A program made the position numbers and the translations under genes. The notes beneath the pieces are model-generated. The model saw only the letters and a program-made list of their open reading frames with translations, did not search any database and had not been told where the DNA came from. 64,000 nucleotides of DNA, taken from the NCBI GenBank assembly GCA_963762055.1, contig CAVXJF010000003.1:115141-179140 (forward strand). The letters are read 5' to 3'. This stretch comes from Vicinamibacterales bacterium. Lineage in GTDB: Bacteria > Acidobacteriota > Vicinamibacteria > Vicinamibacterales > JAMQPK01. Shown piece by piece: positions 29,289-39,399 of the stretch; positions within the stretch are counted from its first letter, which is position 1, and the number at the start of each line of letters is the position of its first letter.

Positions 29289-31406
29289 ATGAAGCCGCAA
29301 GGCCTACGTCGTCTGGCGTTGGTCGGAGTCTGCATTGTCCTGGCGGCTGTACCCGCTGAGGCCTATGTCGGTCCTGGGGCAGGCTTCGCCCTGCTCTCGT
29401 CGTTTCTCGTCGTTTTCACCACCATCATTCTGGCGTTTGTCTCGCTCCTGATTTGGCCATTCCGCCTGGCGATTCGCGCGATCAGGCGCGGGCGCCCGGT
29501 AAAGCCTCTCATCTCGCGGTTCATCGTCGTGGGGCTCGATGGCCAGGACCCGAAACTGACCGACCGCTTCATCGCCGAGGGCAAGCTCCCGAACTTTTCG
29601 AAGCTTGCCGCGATGGGCAGTTACAACCGTCTGCGGACAACGTTTCCCTCGGTATCCCCTGTAGCGTGGTCGTCGTTCTCCACCGGCGTATCGCCCGCGA
29701 AACACAATATTTTCGACTTCCTGGACCGCGATCTGCGCAGCTACCTGCCGGTCCTTTCGTCCACACACATCGGCCGTCCGGCGCGTGTGCTGAAGCTCGG
29801 GCGATACCGCATTCCGTTGTCGAGGCCCGACCTCCGGCTGTTGCGGAAGTCGAAACCGTTCTGGTGCATCCTGGGCGATCACCATATCTGGAGCACAGTG
29901 CTCCGCGTGCCGATTACATTTCCCCCTGACAAATTCTACGGCGCCGAGTTGAGCGCGATGTGCGTGCCGGATTTACTGGGCACGCAAGGCACGTTCACGC
30001 TCTTCACGACACGTTCCGCAGAGGGCCGCTTTAAAGAAGGCGGCGCGCGCGTGCAGCTCCGGAAGAATGGCCGCGGATTCGAAGCCGACCTCGAAGGTCC
30101 GCCCAACAGTCTCGTCGCCGGCGAGCCGACATTGACGATCCCGGTATCGATTTGCGCCGACGAAAATCGCGCGCGGATCAACGTGAATGGCTCTCAACAC
30201 ACGCTGGAAGTCGGCAAGCTGAGCGAATGGATCACGCTGGCCTTCCCGGCCGCGCCGTTGATCAAGGTGAGCGGTATCTGCCGGATGCTCGTCACGGAGA
30301 TGGGAGAACACGTCTCGCTGTACGTCACACCCATCAACATCGATCCCGAGAGTCCGGCGATGCCGATCTCTCATCCGCCGTATTACGCGACCTACCTGGC
30401 GAAAAAAGTGGGCCAGTACTCCACACTCGGTCTGGCGGAGGATACGTGGGCGCTGAACGAAGGGGTGATCGACGACGGCACGTTCCTGCAGCAGACCTAC
30501 GACATCGATGCGGAGCGCGAACGGATGTTCTTCGCCGGCCTCGACAAGCTCCGCCGGGGAGCCCTTGTCTGTGTCTTCGACGCGACCGATCGCATCCAGC
30601 ACATGTTCTGGCGTTATATCGACCCTTCACATCCGGCCGGGCGCGGGCGCGAGACGGCGAAACATCGAGACGCCATCGAGGAGCTCTACAAGCGCAATGA
30701 CGCGTTAGTGGGCAGGGTGCTGGCGCGGCTGAACGAAAACGATGTCCTGATGGTGCTCTCCGACCACGGGTTCAATTCGTTCCGCCGCGGCGTCAATCTC
30801 AACAGCTGGCTGCACGCGAACGGCTACCTGACGCTCAAACCGGGCGCGGACGGCGGCGCGGAGTGGCTGCGGGATGTCGATTGGTCTCAGACGCGCGCGT
30901 ATGCCCTGGGCCTTACCGGCATGTTCCTCAATGTGAAAGGACGCGAAGCGCAGGGGATTGTCGAGCCGGGAGAGAGCGTTGCGCAGCTCCGCAAAGAGCT
31001 CGCCGCAAAACTCTCAGGTCTGCAGGACCAGGAGTCCGGAACGATCGGCATCACTGAGGCATTTGAGACGCGCACGTTGTACTCCGGTCCATATCTGGAG
31101 AACGCGCCAGATCTCCTGATCGGCTACAACACCGGCTACCGGACGTCGTGGGACTGCGCCACCGGCGTCGTATCGGGACCGGTGTTCGAAGACAACCTGA
31201 AGGCCTGGAGCGGCGACCACTGCATCGACCCGCGTCAGGTCCCCGGCGTGCTCTTTTGCAATCGTCCCATCGATTCGACCGATCCCGCGCTCATCGATAT
31301 CGCGCCGACAGCGCTGCATCTCTTCGGCGTCCAGCCTCCGGCGTACATGGAAGGTAAGGTCTTGATGGCCACCGGTTCGCGTCGACACGAGGCTGCGACA
31401 GCGTGA
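29289..31406 (+). CDS. AlkP-superfamily NPP/phosphodiesterase-like protein with signal peptide, YVGPGAG motif and TM anchor
   Basis: GLDG, PSVSPVAWSSF, DRIQH, LSDHG, SGDH metal/nucleophile motifs. Confidence 0.85.
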   Translation: MKPQGLRRLALVGVCIVLAAVPAEAYVGPGAGFALLSSFLVVFTTIILAFVSLLIWPFRLAIRAIRRGRPVKPLISRFIVVGLDGQDPKLTDRFIAEGKLPNFSKLAAMGSYNRLRTTFPSVSPVAWSSFSTGVSPAKHNIFDFLDRDLRSYLPVLSSTHIGRPARVLKLGRYRIPLSRPDLRLLRKSKPFWCILGDHHIWSTVLRVPITFPPDKFYGAELSAMCVPDLLGTQGTFTLFTTRSAEGRFKEGGARVQLRKNGRGFEADLEGPPNSLVAGEPTLTIPVSICADENRARINVNGSQHTLEVGKLSEWITLAFPAAPLIKVSGICRMLVTEMGEHVSLYVTPINIDPESPAMPISHPPYYATYLAKKVGQYSTLGLAEDTWALNEGVIDDGTFLQQTYDIDAERERMFFAGLDKLRRGALVCVFDATDRIQHMFWRYIDPSHPAGRGRETAKHRDAIEELYKRNDALVGRVLARLNENDVLMVLSDHGFNSFRRGVNLNSWLHANGYLTLKPGADGGAEWLRDVDWSQTRAYALGLTGMFLNVKGREAQGIVEPGESVAQLRKELAAKLSGLQDQESGTIGITEAFETRTLYSGPYLENAPDLLIGYNTGYRTSWDCATGVVSGPVFEDNLKAWSGDHCIDPRQVPGVLFCNRPIDSTDPALIDIAPTALHLFGVQPPAYMEGKVLMATGSRRHEAATA

Positions 31407-33362
31407 AGAGGACGCATCTCGTACATAGGCATATTCGTGGCCCTTCTTGCCGCTGCTACTTCGTGCAGCGGGCGATCCACTGCCGCAGGCAAGCGGGTCA
31501 TCGTCCTCGGGTTCGACGGCTTGGACTACGACCTTACGCGATCGCTCATCGACAAGGGCCGGCTCCCGAACTTCGCACGCCTTGCCGCGTCCGGCGGTTT
31601 CGCCCCATTGGAAACCTCGATCCCACCGCAGAGCCCCGTGGCATGGTCCACGTTCATCACCGGCCTGGATCCAGGCGGCCACGGCATTTTCGATTTCATC
31701 CACCGCGATCCGAAAACGATGGTGCCGTACCTGTCGACATCGCGGGCGGAGGGTTCCAGCCGCGCGATTACGGTGGGCGAGTGGCAGTTCCCGATCTCCG
31801 GCGGGAGCGTCGAACTCCTGCGACAGGGACAGCCGTTCTGGGAAGTGCTGGAGGCTCGCGGCATCGAAACGACGATCATCCGCATGCCGGCAAATTTTCC
31901 CCCTTCTGGCACTGCCACACGCGAGTTGAGCGGCATGGGAACGCCGGACCTTCTCGGGACTTACGGCACGTTTTCGTTCTACACATCCGAGCCGTTTGCG
32001 TTCGGAGGACGGGCGTTATCCGGCGGAACGCTGTATCCCGTCACGGTCGAAAGCAACGTCGTGCGCGCCGCGCTGCACGGGCCCGACAATCCATTTCGCA
32101 GAGTGCCCGAAAAAGTCAGCGCCGATTTCACGCTGTTCATCGATGCCGAGCGGCCTGTCGCAAAGCTTGTCGTGGGTGACGAGGAGCGCGTGCTTGCCGT
32201 GGGGGAATGGAGCGACTGGCTGCCCGTGGATTTCGATCTGCGTGTGCCGTTGCAGAGCGTCCGCGGGATGGCCCGGTTCTACCTCAAGCAGGTGAAGCCC
32301 TACGTCGAGATGTACGTCTCGCCGATCAATTTCGATCCGATGTCACCGGCGATGCCGGTTTCGGAGCCGCCAGAGTACGCCGCTGAACTTGCAGAGGCCA
32401 CCGGCCGCTTTTATACGCAGGGCATGCCGGAAGACACGAAAGGATTGAGACAAGGCGTCCTGACGCGCGACGAGTTCCTTGCGCAGGCCCGGCTGGCAGG
32501 CGAAGAAAACCGCATCCAATACCGCTACGTGCTCGATCGGTTTTCGGACGGGCTGCTCTTCTACTATTTCGGCAACGTCGACCAAATCGCCCACATGATG
32601 TGGCGTGCCCGCGATCCTGGCCATCCGGCGCACGACCCTTCGGTTGATCCGAAATATGCGGACGTCATCGACGAGCTTTACGTCGGTCTCGACCGCATCG
32701 TCGGCGACACGCTCGACGCGATCGGCGCCGACGGAACGCTCATCGTGCTTTCCGACCACGGCTTCACCTCGTGGCGGCGCTCGTTCCACCTCAACACCTG
32801 GCTGAAGCAGCAAGGGTTCCTGGCACTTGCGAACCCGTCGCGCGAAGACGATCCGGGCTTCTTTGGCAACGTCGACTGGGCACGTACGCGCGCCTACGGC
32901 ATCGGACTCAATGGTCTCTACATCAACGTGAAGGGGCGGGAGATGTCGGGCTCCGTCGCGCCTGGCGATCGAGAGCGTGTCATGGACGAGATCGCCGGCA
33001 AGCTGCTGAAAACTGTCGATCCGGCGACCGGCCAGCCAGCCATCACGAAGGTCTATCGCCGGGAGCAGGTCTACACCGACGCCGGGTTCTTCGATCGTGC
33101 GCCAGATCTCGTCGTCGGCTACGCGAAGGGCACGCGCGGCTCGGATGAGTCCGCGCTCGGAAGCATTCCACCGGAAGTCATCGTGGACAACAAGGATCCC
33201 TGGAGCGGCGACCATTGCATGGATCACGAGACGGTGCCCGGCGTGCTGCTGTCGAATCGGCCGCTGCGCAAGCCCGCACCGTCGCTCGGCAGGGTCGCGG
33301 CGGCGGTCCTGGCAGAGTTCGGCATCGAGGAGTTCCCTGTGAAGTCGAAGAACGGCAAATGA
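31403..33362 (+). CDS. AlkP-superfamily NPP/phosphodiesterase-like lipoprotein (paralogue of upstream gene); 1-nt frameshift in signal region
   Basis: YIGIFVALLAAATSC lipoprotein-type signal; GFDG, PPQSPVAWST, DQIAH, LSDHG, SGDH. Confidence 0.82.
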
Positions 33363-33385
33363 CTGATTGATGAATGGAGGGCGAC

Positions 33386-33580
33386 ATGTTCGGATCGGGA
33401 AGCGTCAAGCTCGACAAAGCGCTCGTCGGAAGGGTCAAGCGTTATGCGGACATGGCCGGGTATTCCTCTGTCGAAGAGTTCATCACGCATGCGCTCGAGA
33501 AGGAGATCAAGCATCTCGACGAAGCCGGTTCGGAGGAGGAAATCAAAAAGCGCTTGAAGGGTCTCGGCTACATCTCGTGA
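33386..33580 (+). CDS. 64-aa protein: ribbon-helix-helix-like N-terminus plus C-terminal EEEIKKRLKGLGYIS motif
   Basis: GGAGG RBS; SVKLDKALVGRVKRYADMAGYSSVEEFITHALE pattern. Confidence 0.75.
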   Translation: MFGSGSVKLDKALVGRVKRYADMAGYSSVEEFITHALEKEIKHLDEAGSEEEIKKRLKGLGYIS

Positions 33581-33587
33581 TCGGCAG

Positions 33588-34421
33588 ATGACGTGGGTGA
33601 ATAACGGGCTCGGCGGACTGGTCGGTGCCGTGCTGTCGCCATTCCGGTCGCTTCCGCCGATTGTCGGTCTGAGCGTTGTATCGCTCCTCGCCGCGATCGG
33701 CATGCTGCTGGTATTTCGCGCGACGTCGAATCAGCCGGCGATCGCGGACGTCAAGCGGCGCATCCACGCAGGCATCTTCGAAATCCGGCTGTTCAACGAT
33801 GACCTCAGGGCGATGTTCGCCGCGCAGCTGGACATCCTGCGTCACAACTTCACATACGTGCGGCTGTCGCTGGCGCCGATGTTGTGGATGTTCGTTCCGC
33901 TTCTGCTGCTCATCGCGCAGTTGCAGTTCTACTACGGTTACGACGGCTTCGGCCCTGGACAGTCCGCTGTCGTCAAGGTTCGCTTGAAACAGGGCGCCAG
34001 CCCTCCGTCCGGCGCCGCCCCGGCGCTTGCCCTCGAAGCGCCATCGGGTTTGCGGGTGCAGACGCCGCTCGTATGGATTCCATCCGAGCGGGAAGCTGCG
34101 TGGCGGATTGGCACCGAGAAGCCCGGCGATTATCACTTGACCGTCCGGCTCGACGGGACGTCAGCAACGAAGCTGGTACGAGTGTCGGAACAAGTCGGCT
34201 GGCGGACGCCCGAGCGTCTCGAGGCGGGGTTCCTCAACGAGGTGCTTTATCCAGCGGAGGCGCCGATTGAGGCGAACGTCCCGATCGAATCCATCGAGTT
34301 GGCGTATCCGGAACGTGAAATCAGCCTGTTCGGATATCCCGTTCACTGGATGATCGCGTTCTTCGCGTTGTCGCTCGTGTTCGCGTTCGCGTTGAAATCG
34401 AGGTTCGGCGTGGTGATCTAA
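33588..34421 (+). CDS. 3-TM membrane protein resembling DUF106/EMC3/TMCO1 (Oxa1 superfamily)
   Basis: Amphipathic N-helix, TM1, helical hairpin, SLAPM...P TM2, beta-rich loop, W..FF..S TM3 at the C-terminus. Confidence 0.65.
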   Translation: MTWVNNGLGGLVGAVLSPFRSLPPIVGLSVVSLLAAIGMLLVFRATSNQPAIADVKRRIHAGIFEIRLFNDDLRAMFAAQLDILRHNFTYVRLSLAPMLWMFVPLLLLIAQLQFYYGYDGFGPGQSAVVKVRLKQGASPPSGAAPALALEAPSGLRVQTPLVWIPSEREAAWRIGTEKPGDYHLTVRLDGTSATKLVRVSEQVGWRTPERLEAGFLNEVLYPAEAPIEANVPIESIELAYPEREISLFGYPVHWMIAFFALSLVFAFALKSRFGVVI

Positions 34422-34442
34422 TCGTGTGACAAGGAGATTGCG

Positions 34443-36901
34443 ATGACAGCGACCTTGCGGCTTGCGGTTGTCTCGTCGGTCGTGCTCATGACACTCGCGT
34501 GTTCCGGCGCCACTCCCACAGAAGCACCTCCGCTTGCCGTTCGCCTCGTCGACTTGTTCGACGCCAAGCGCGTTCAAGGGTCGGTCAAACCGGCGACAAC
34601 TGCACGGCCGACGATCTGGCGGTTCGACGGGACGCCCTTGCCGCCAACTGCCAAGTTCGCCGCGACGCGGCGGCTGGGAGCCGGGGCCCGGGGTCGCCGG
34701 TCTCATCGTCAAGGACGGTCAGCTGACCGGACGCGTGACGACAGACGGTGCCCTCATTCACCTCGAGCGGACCTCCGGTCTCGATGTTCCGGACACGCTT
34801 CACGCCATCGAGGTCAAGATGCGCGCGTCCCACGGCGCCAACATTTCGATTCAGACGTCACCCGCGGAGACCGTCAACCTGGCAGATCTCTCTGCGGGGG
34901 CGCGAACGACTGCCGTGGCAGATGGAGTCGCCCATTATTGCGGGCGATGCGTTCCAGACGTACGAGCTGATCCCGAGAGCCCCCATCGTGACCTCCCGGA
35001 TCCGGCACCTCGTCATCCGGCCGACCGATGCCTCCGAAGGGACCTTTGACATTGAATCGGTGCGTCTTGTCACTCGCACCGAACACCTGGCGTCGATCCC
35101 GGCGGGCGTAGGGTGGCAGGGTCTGCAGCAGATTTACCGCGAGTCGCTCGTCGCCCATGCTCCGGAATCGATGCAGTTCGACGTGCAGCTGCCCGATCGT
35201 CCGTGGCTCGATCTCGCGGTGGGGACGGTCGAAGACGGGGCCGTGACATTTACGCGTGGTCGCCAAACCTGAAGGAGCTGCGGACGATCGCGATGTGGTG
35301 CAAGCCGACTTTACCGTCACGCGGCCTCATCGATGGGACATCTATCCGGTCGATCTGTCGCGTCTGGCCGGCAGGCGAGTCACCCTGTCGCTTCAGTTGA
35401 AGTCGGAATCGGCGGGTGCGCTCGGGTTTTGGGGTTCCCCGGTGGTGCGAACGCTGGGTGCGTTCCCGACGTGGCTGACGTCCGCTCCGCCCGCAGGGGG
35501 TGATCTTCATTCAAGCCGATACACTGCGCCGCGACCACCTGAACTTCTACGGACACGCGCGCGAGACCGCGCCGTTTCTGACGCGCCTGGCCAAGGAGGG
35601 CGTGCAATTCAACAACTCGATCTCACAGGCCAGCTGGACGAAGGTGTCGACAAGCTCGATGATGACGAGCCTGTATCCGTCGACGCATGGTGTCCGACAT
35701 GCAGACGGATCGCTTGCCTGCGTCGGTGACGACGATGGCCGAAGCGTACAAAGCCGCCGGGTACGCGACGCTGTCGATGTCGTCGGTGGCATTCACCGGT
35801 CAGAACACCAACCTGCATCAGGGCTACGAGGAGCTTCACGAAAACGGCTCTCTCACCACGGCGGGGACGCCGCTCTCGAGCAAGAGCGCGCGCGAATACG
35901 TTGACCGGCTGGTGCCCTGGTTGGACCGGCACCGCGAGGTACCGTTCTTCGTGTATCTCCAGGTCTTCGATCCGCATTCACCGTTCGAGCCATATGGACC
36001 CTACAACACAAAATTTGGAGACCCCGCGCGAACGGAACAGCACCGCAAGGAAAAAGCCGCGGTGACGAAGTTGATTGAGGATCCGGTCATGCGAGGCCGC
36101 GGCCTGCCCACGCGCAACGAGGTGATCAAAGCCGGATTCGATCCGGACATCTACGTCAGAGCAGGAGGCGGATTGGTACGACGGCTCCATTCGCGGCATG
36201 GACGTGGAAATGGCTCGGCTCTTCGAGCAACTGCGCCGTCTGGGCCTCGACGAGAGAACGCTGGTGGTGCTGACAAGCGACCACGGCACCGAGTTGCTCG
36301 ATCACGGCCGCTTCTTCCATGGCCATACGCTCTACGGTGAGCTGACGAATGTCCCCCTCATCATGCGGTGGCCCGGGCGTCTGCCGGCGGCTCGGGTGAT
36401 CCAGGACCTCGTCCAGGGCATCGACATCATGCCGACCATGTTGGAACTGAGTGGAATTGCGCCACCCGCTGGCCTGCAGGGACAGTCGTTACGGCCTTTT
36501 CTGACCACCAGCTCTGCAAGCGAATCTGAGGTCCGGAGGTCCTGGCCGGGATGGAGTCCGCGCCCGGCCATTTCGGAACAAGTCCCTGACACTCCGGCTC
36601 AGCGCGAGGAGCTGAGTCGCGAGTCGGTCGCGATCGTCGACGCGAACTGGAAGCTGATCCACAACACCGTCGCGACCGACCGGTGCTGCCCGAATTCGAG
36701 CTGTTCGACTACTTCAAAGATCCGCTGAACAAGCAGAACGTGGCGGCCGACCACCCGGACGTCGTCGCGCGGTTGTCGAAGCTGATCGCCGGATGGCGCC
36801 AGATGGCCACCGCCGCCCGGCTCAAGCCTGACGCCGAGACGACAAAAACAATGAGTGCCGAAGAGTTACAGCGGTTGAGGAGCCTCGGTTACGTTCGCTG
36901 A
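34443..36901 (+). CDS. Sulfatase-fold lipoprotein 1 (about 7 frameshifts)
   Basis: MTLAC lipobox; ADTLRRDH, QASWTKVS, DPHSPF, TSDHG, HGHTLY, RLRSLGYVR spread across frames. Confidence 0.75.
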
Positions 36902-36910
36902 AGGAGCGTC

Positions 36911-39374
36911 ATGATCACACATCGTTTACGCCTCGTGTTTGTGTGTGTCCTCGCGCTGTCGTGCGGCCGGACAGGCGAATCACCATCGACACCGCTGGCG
37001 ATTCGTCTGACCGATCTCTTCAATGAGAAGAAGCGTTGATCGACGCTGTGAAGCCGACAGCGCCGCCGGCGCGAACCGAATGGCGCTTCGACGGCACGGC
37101 ACCTGTGCCGGCCCCTGCTGCCTTCTCCGCGACCCGCGGGTGGGAAGCCGGCCCCGGTGTCACCGGCCTGGCCATCACCAACGGGATGTTGACTGGCCGG
37201 ACGACGAGCCCCACCGCGCTCATTCGCATCGAGAGGACCTCGGACGTTCGAGGTGGCTGACCAACTGCACTCGATCGAAGTCACGGATCCGCGTGTCCGC
37301 CGGCGCGAATCTGTCGATTGAAACCTCACCATCCGTTCGACCAGAGTTCGCGGCGATCAACGGGCAGATGATGGGGCTCGGCAATGAGATCACCACTCCG
37401 ATCACACCGGGCGACCAGGTCCAGACCTACGTGCTGACGAAGGCGCGCCCGCTCCCAGCCTCTCAGATTCGGCACGTATTCATTCGACCTAGCGATGTCG
37501 CGGGTGCGACTTTTGCGATCGAGTCCGTGCGCTTGATCTTCCGGCGGGAGCACCTGGCGAGCATTCAGTCTGGTGTTGGCTGGCAGGGGATGCGCGAGGT
37601 GTATCGAGAGTCGATCGCGTCACGCGCGCCCGAACGGTTGCAGTTTGCGTTCAAAGTGCCGCCGGCGGCGTGGCTCGATCTCGCCCTGGGCACGGTCGAC
37701 GAGGGTCCGGTCACGTTCACGGTCAGTGCGCGTGGCAGCGGTGACGCTGGCCCTGGGAACGATGGTCAGGTCCTGCTCGAGCAGACGGTGACGACGCCGT
37801 ACCGCTGGGAGTCCCGGGTAGTCGATTTGGCGCGACTCAGCGGACAAAACGTCACGCTGACGCTCGGCGTACGTGGGCGCGAGTCCGGGGCCATCGGTCT
37901 CTGGGGCGCGCCGATCGTTCGACGTCGCGGGGCATTGCCCGAGCCGGCCGCTGGTGGTGCCGTCCCGGCACTCGGACGGGTGCCGCAAGGTGTCATCGTC
38001 GTCTGGGCTGACACGTTGCGTAAGGATCACCTCGACGCGTACGGTTACAAACGGGCGACCGCGCCGTCGATGCGACAGTTTGCGAGTGACGGGGTCCTCT
38101 TCAACAACTCCACCACACAGGCCACATGGACCAAGGTGGCGACGCCGTCCATGCTGACCTCGCTCTATCCTTCGACCCACGGCGTCATCGACTTCAACGA
38201 TCGTCTCCCCGCCGCCGCGACGACTCTGGCCGAGGTGTACCGCGCGGCTGGATACGCCACGATCGGGTTCGCGTCGAATCTCTTCACCGGCCAATTCACA
38301 AACCTGCATCAGGGCTACGAGGAGCAGCACGAAGATGGCTCGCTCCCGAATCAGGGCTCCAGCAAGACGGCACGCGAGTACGTGGATCGGCTCGCGAGCT
38401 GGCTCGAGAGCGCACCGCGATGTCCCGTTTTTCGCGTTCCTCCACGTCTACGACCCCCACGATCCGTTCGAGCCGGGCCGGCCGTACGACACCATGTGGG
38501 CCGACCCTGCCAAGCGTCAAGCGCATCATCAGAACCTGGAGACGGTCCGGAAAGTCATTAGCGATCCGTTGCTGAAGCTGTTTGGGATGCCGACGCGAGC
38601 CGAGCTTGTCAAGGCCGGGCTCGACGCGGATGCGTACGTCAACCACGACGTCGACTGGTACGACGGGTCGATACGCGGCCTCGACACCGAGTTGGGGCGC
38701 CTCTTCGAGCGGCTCAAAGGGCTGGGCCTCGACGATCGCACGCTGGTCGTGTTCACGGCGGATCACGGTGAGGAGTTCCTTGACCACGGCCGGACCTTCC
38801 ATGGACAGAGCGTCTACGGCGAGCTCACCCAGATCCCGCTGATGATGCGTTGGCCCGGCGTACTTCCCGCCGGCCGCGTCGTAGACGAAGTGGTTCAGAC
38901 GATTGACGTGATGCCGACGCTGCTCGCGATCAGTGGTCTGGCCGCGCCGCCGGAAATTCAGGGGCAGAGCCTGGTGCCTTTGGTTCGGCCGAGCGAGGGT
39001 TCGGCGAGGCGCGTCGTGGCGGCCGCGTCCAGCTATCTCAGAAAAGGCGGTCACGAACCCTGCCAAAGGTGCGGCGCCTGCGCCGCACGACACCGAAGCA
39101 TTTGCCATTATCGATGGCGGCTGGAAGCTGATCCACCATACAACACGTCCGAACGGGGGGCCTGAGTTCGAGTTATTCGACGTTGCCAAGGATCCGCTGA
39201 ACCTCAACGATATCGCGGCCCGACAGCCCGAGGTCGTTCAGCGCCTGGCGAAGCTCGTTGCCGGCTGGCGGCAGATGGCGCGTCGCCGCCCGGCTCAAGC
39301 CCGATGCAGAGACGACCAAGGGCCTGACGCAGGAACAGCTGCAACGCCTCAGGAGTCTCGGCTACGTGCGTTGA
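36911..39374 (+). CDS. Sulfatase-fold lipoprotein 2, tandem paralogue (several frameshifts)
   Basis: LALSC lipobox; ADTLRKDH, QATWTKVA, DPHDPF, TADHG, HGQSVY, RLRSLGYVR. Confidence 0.75.
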
Positions 39375-39399
39375 ACGTGGGTGCGAAGGTGAGGGCGAC

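Noticed and set aside
31404-31436. UGA read-through/selenocysteine fusion of the two in-frame NPP-like genes
   Set aside because: The downstream sequence is a lipoprotein signal needing its own start; a GTGA overlap with a 1-nt indel is simpler, and no SECIS-like hairpin was noticed.
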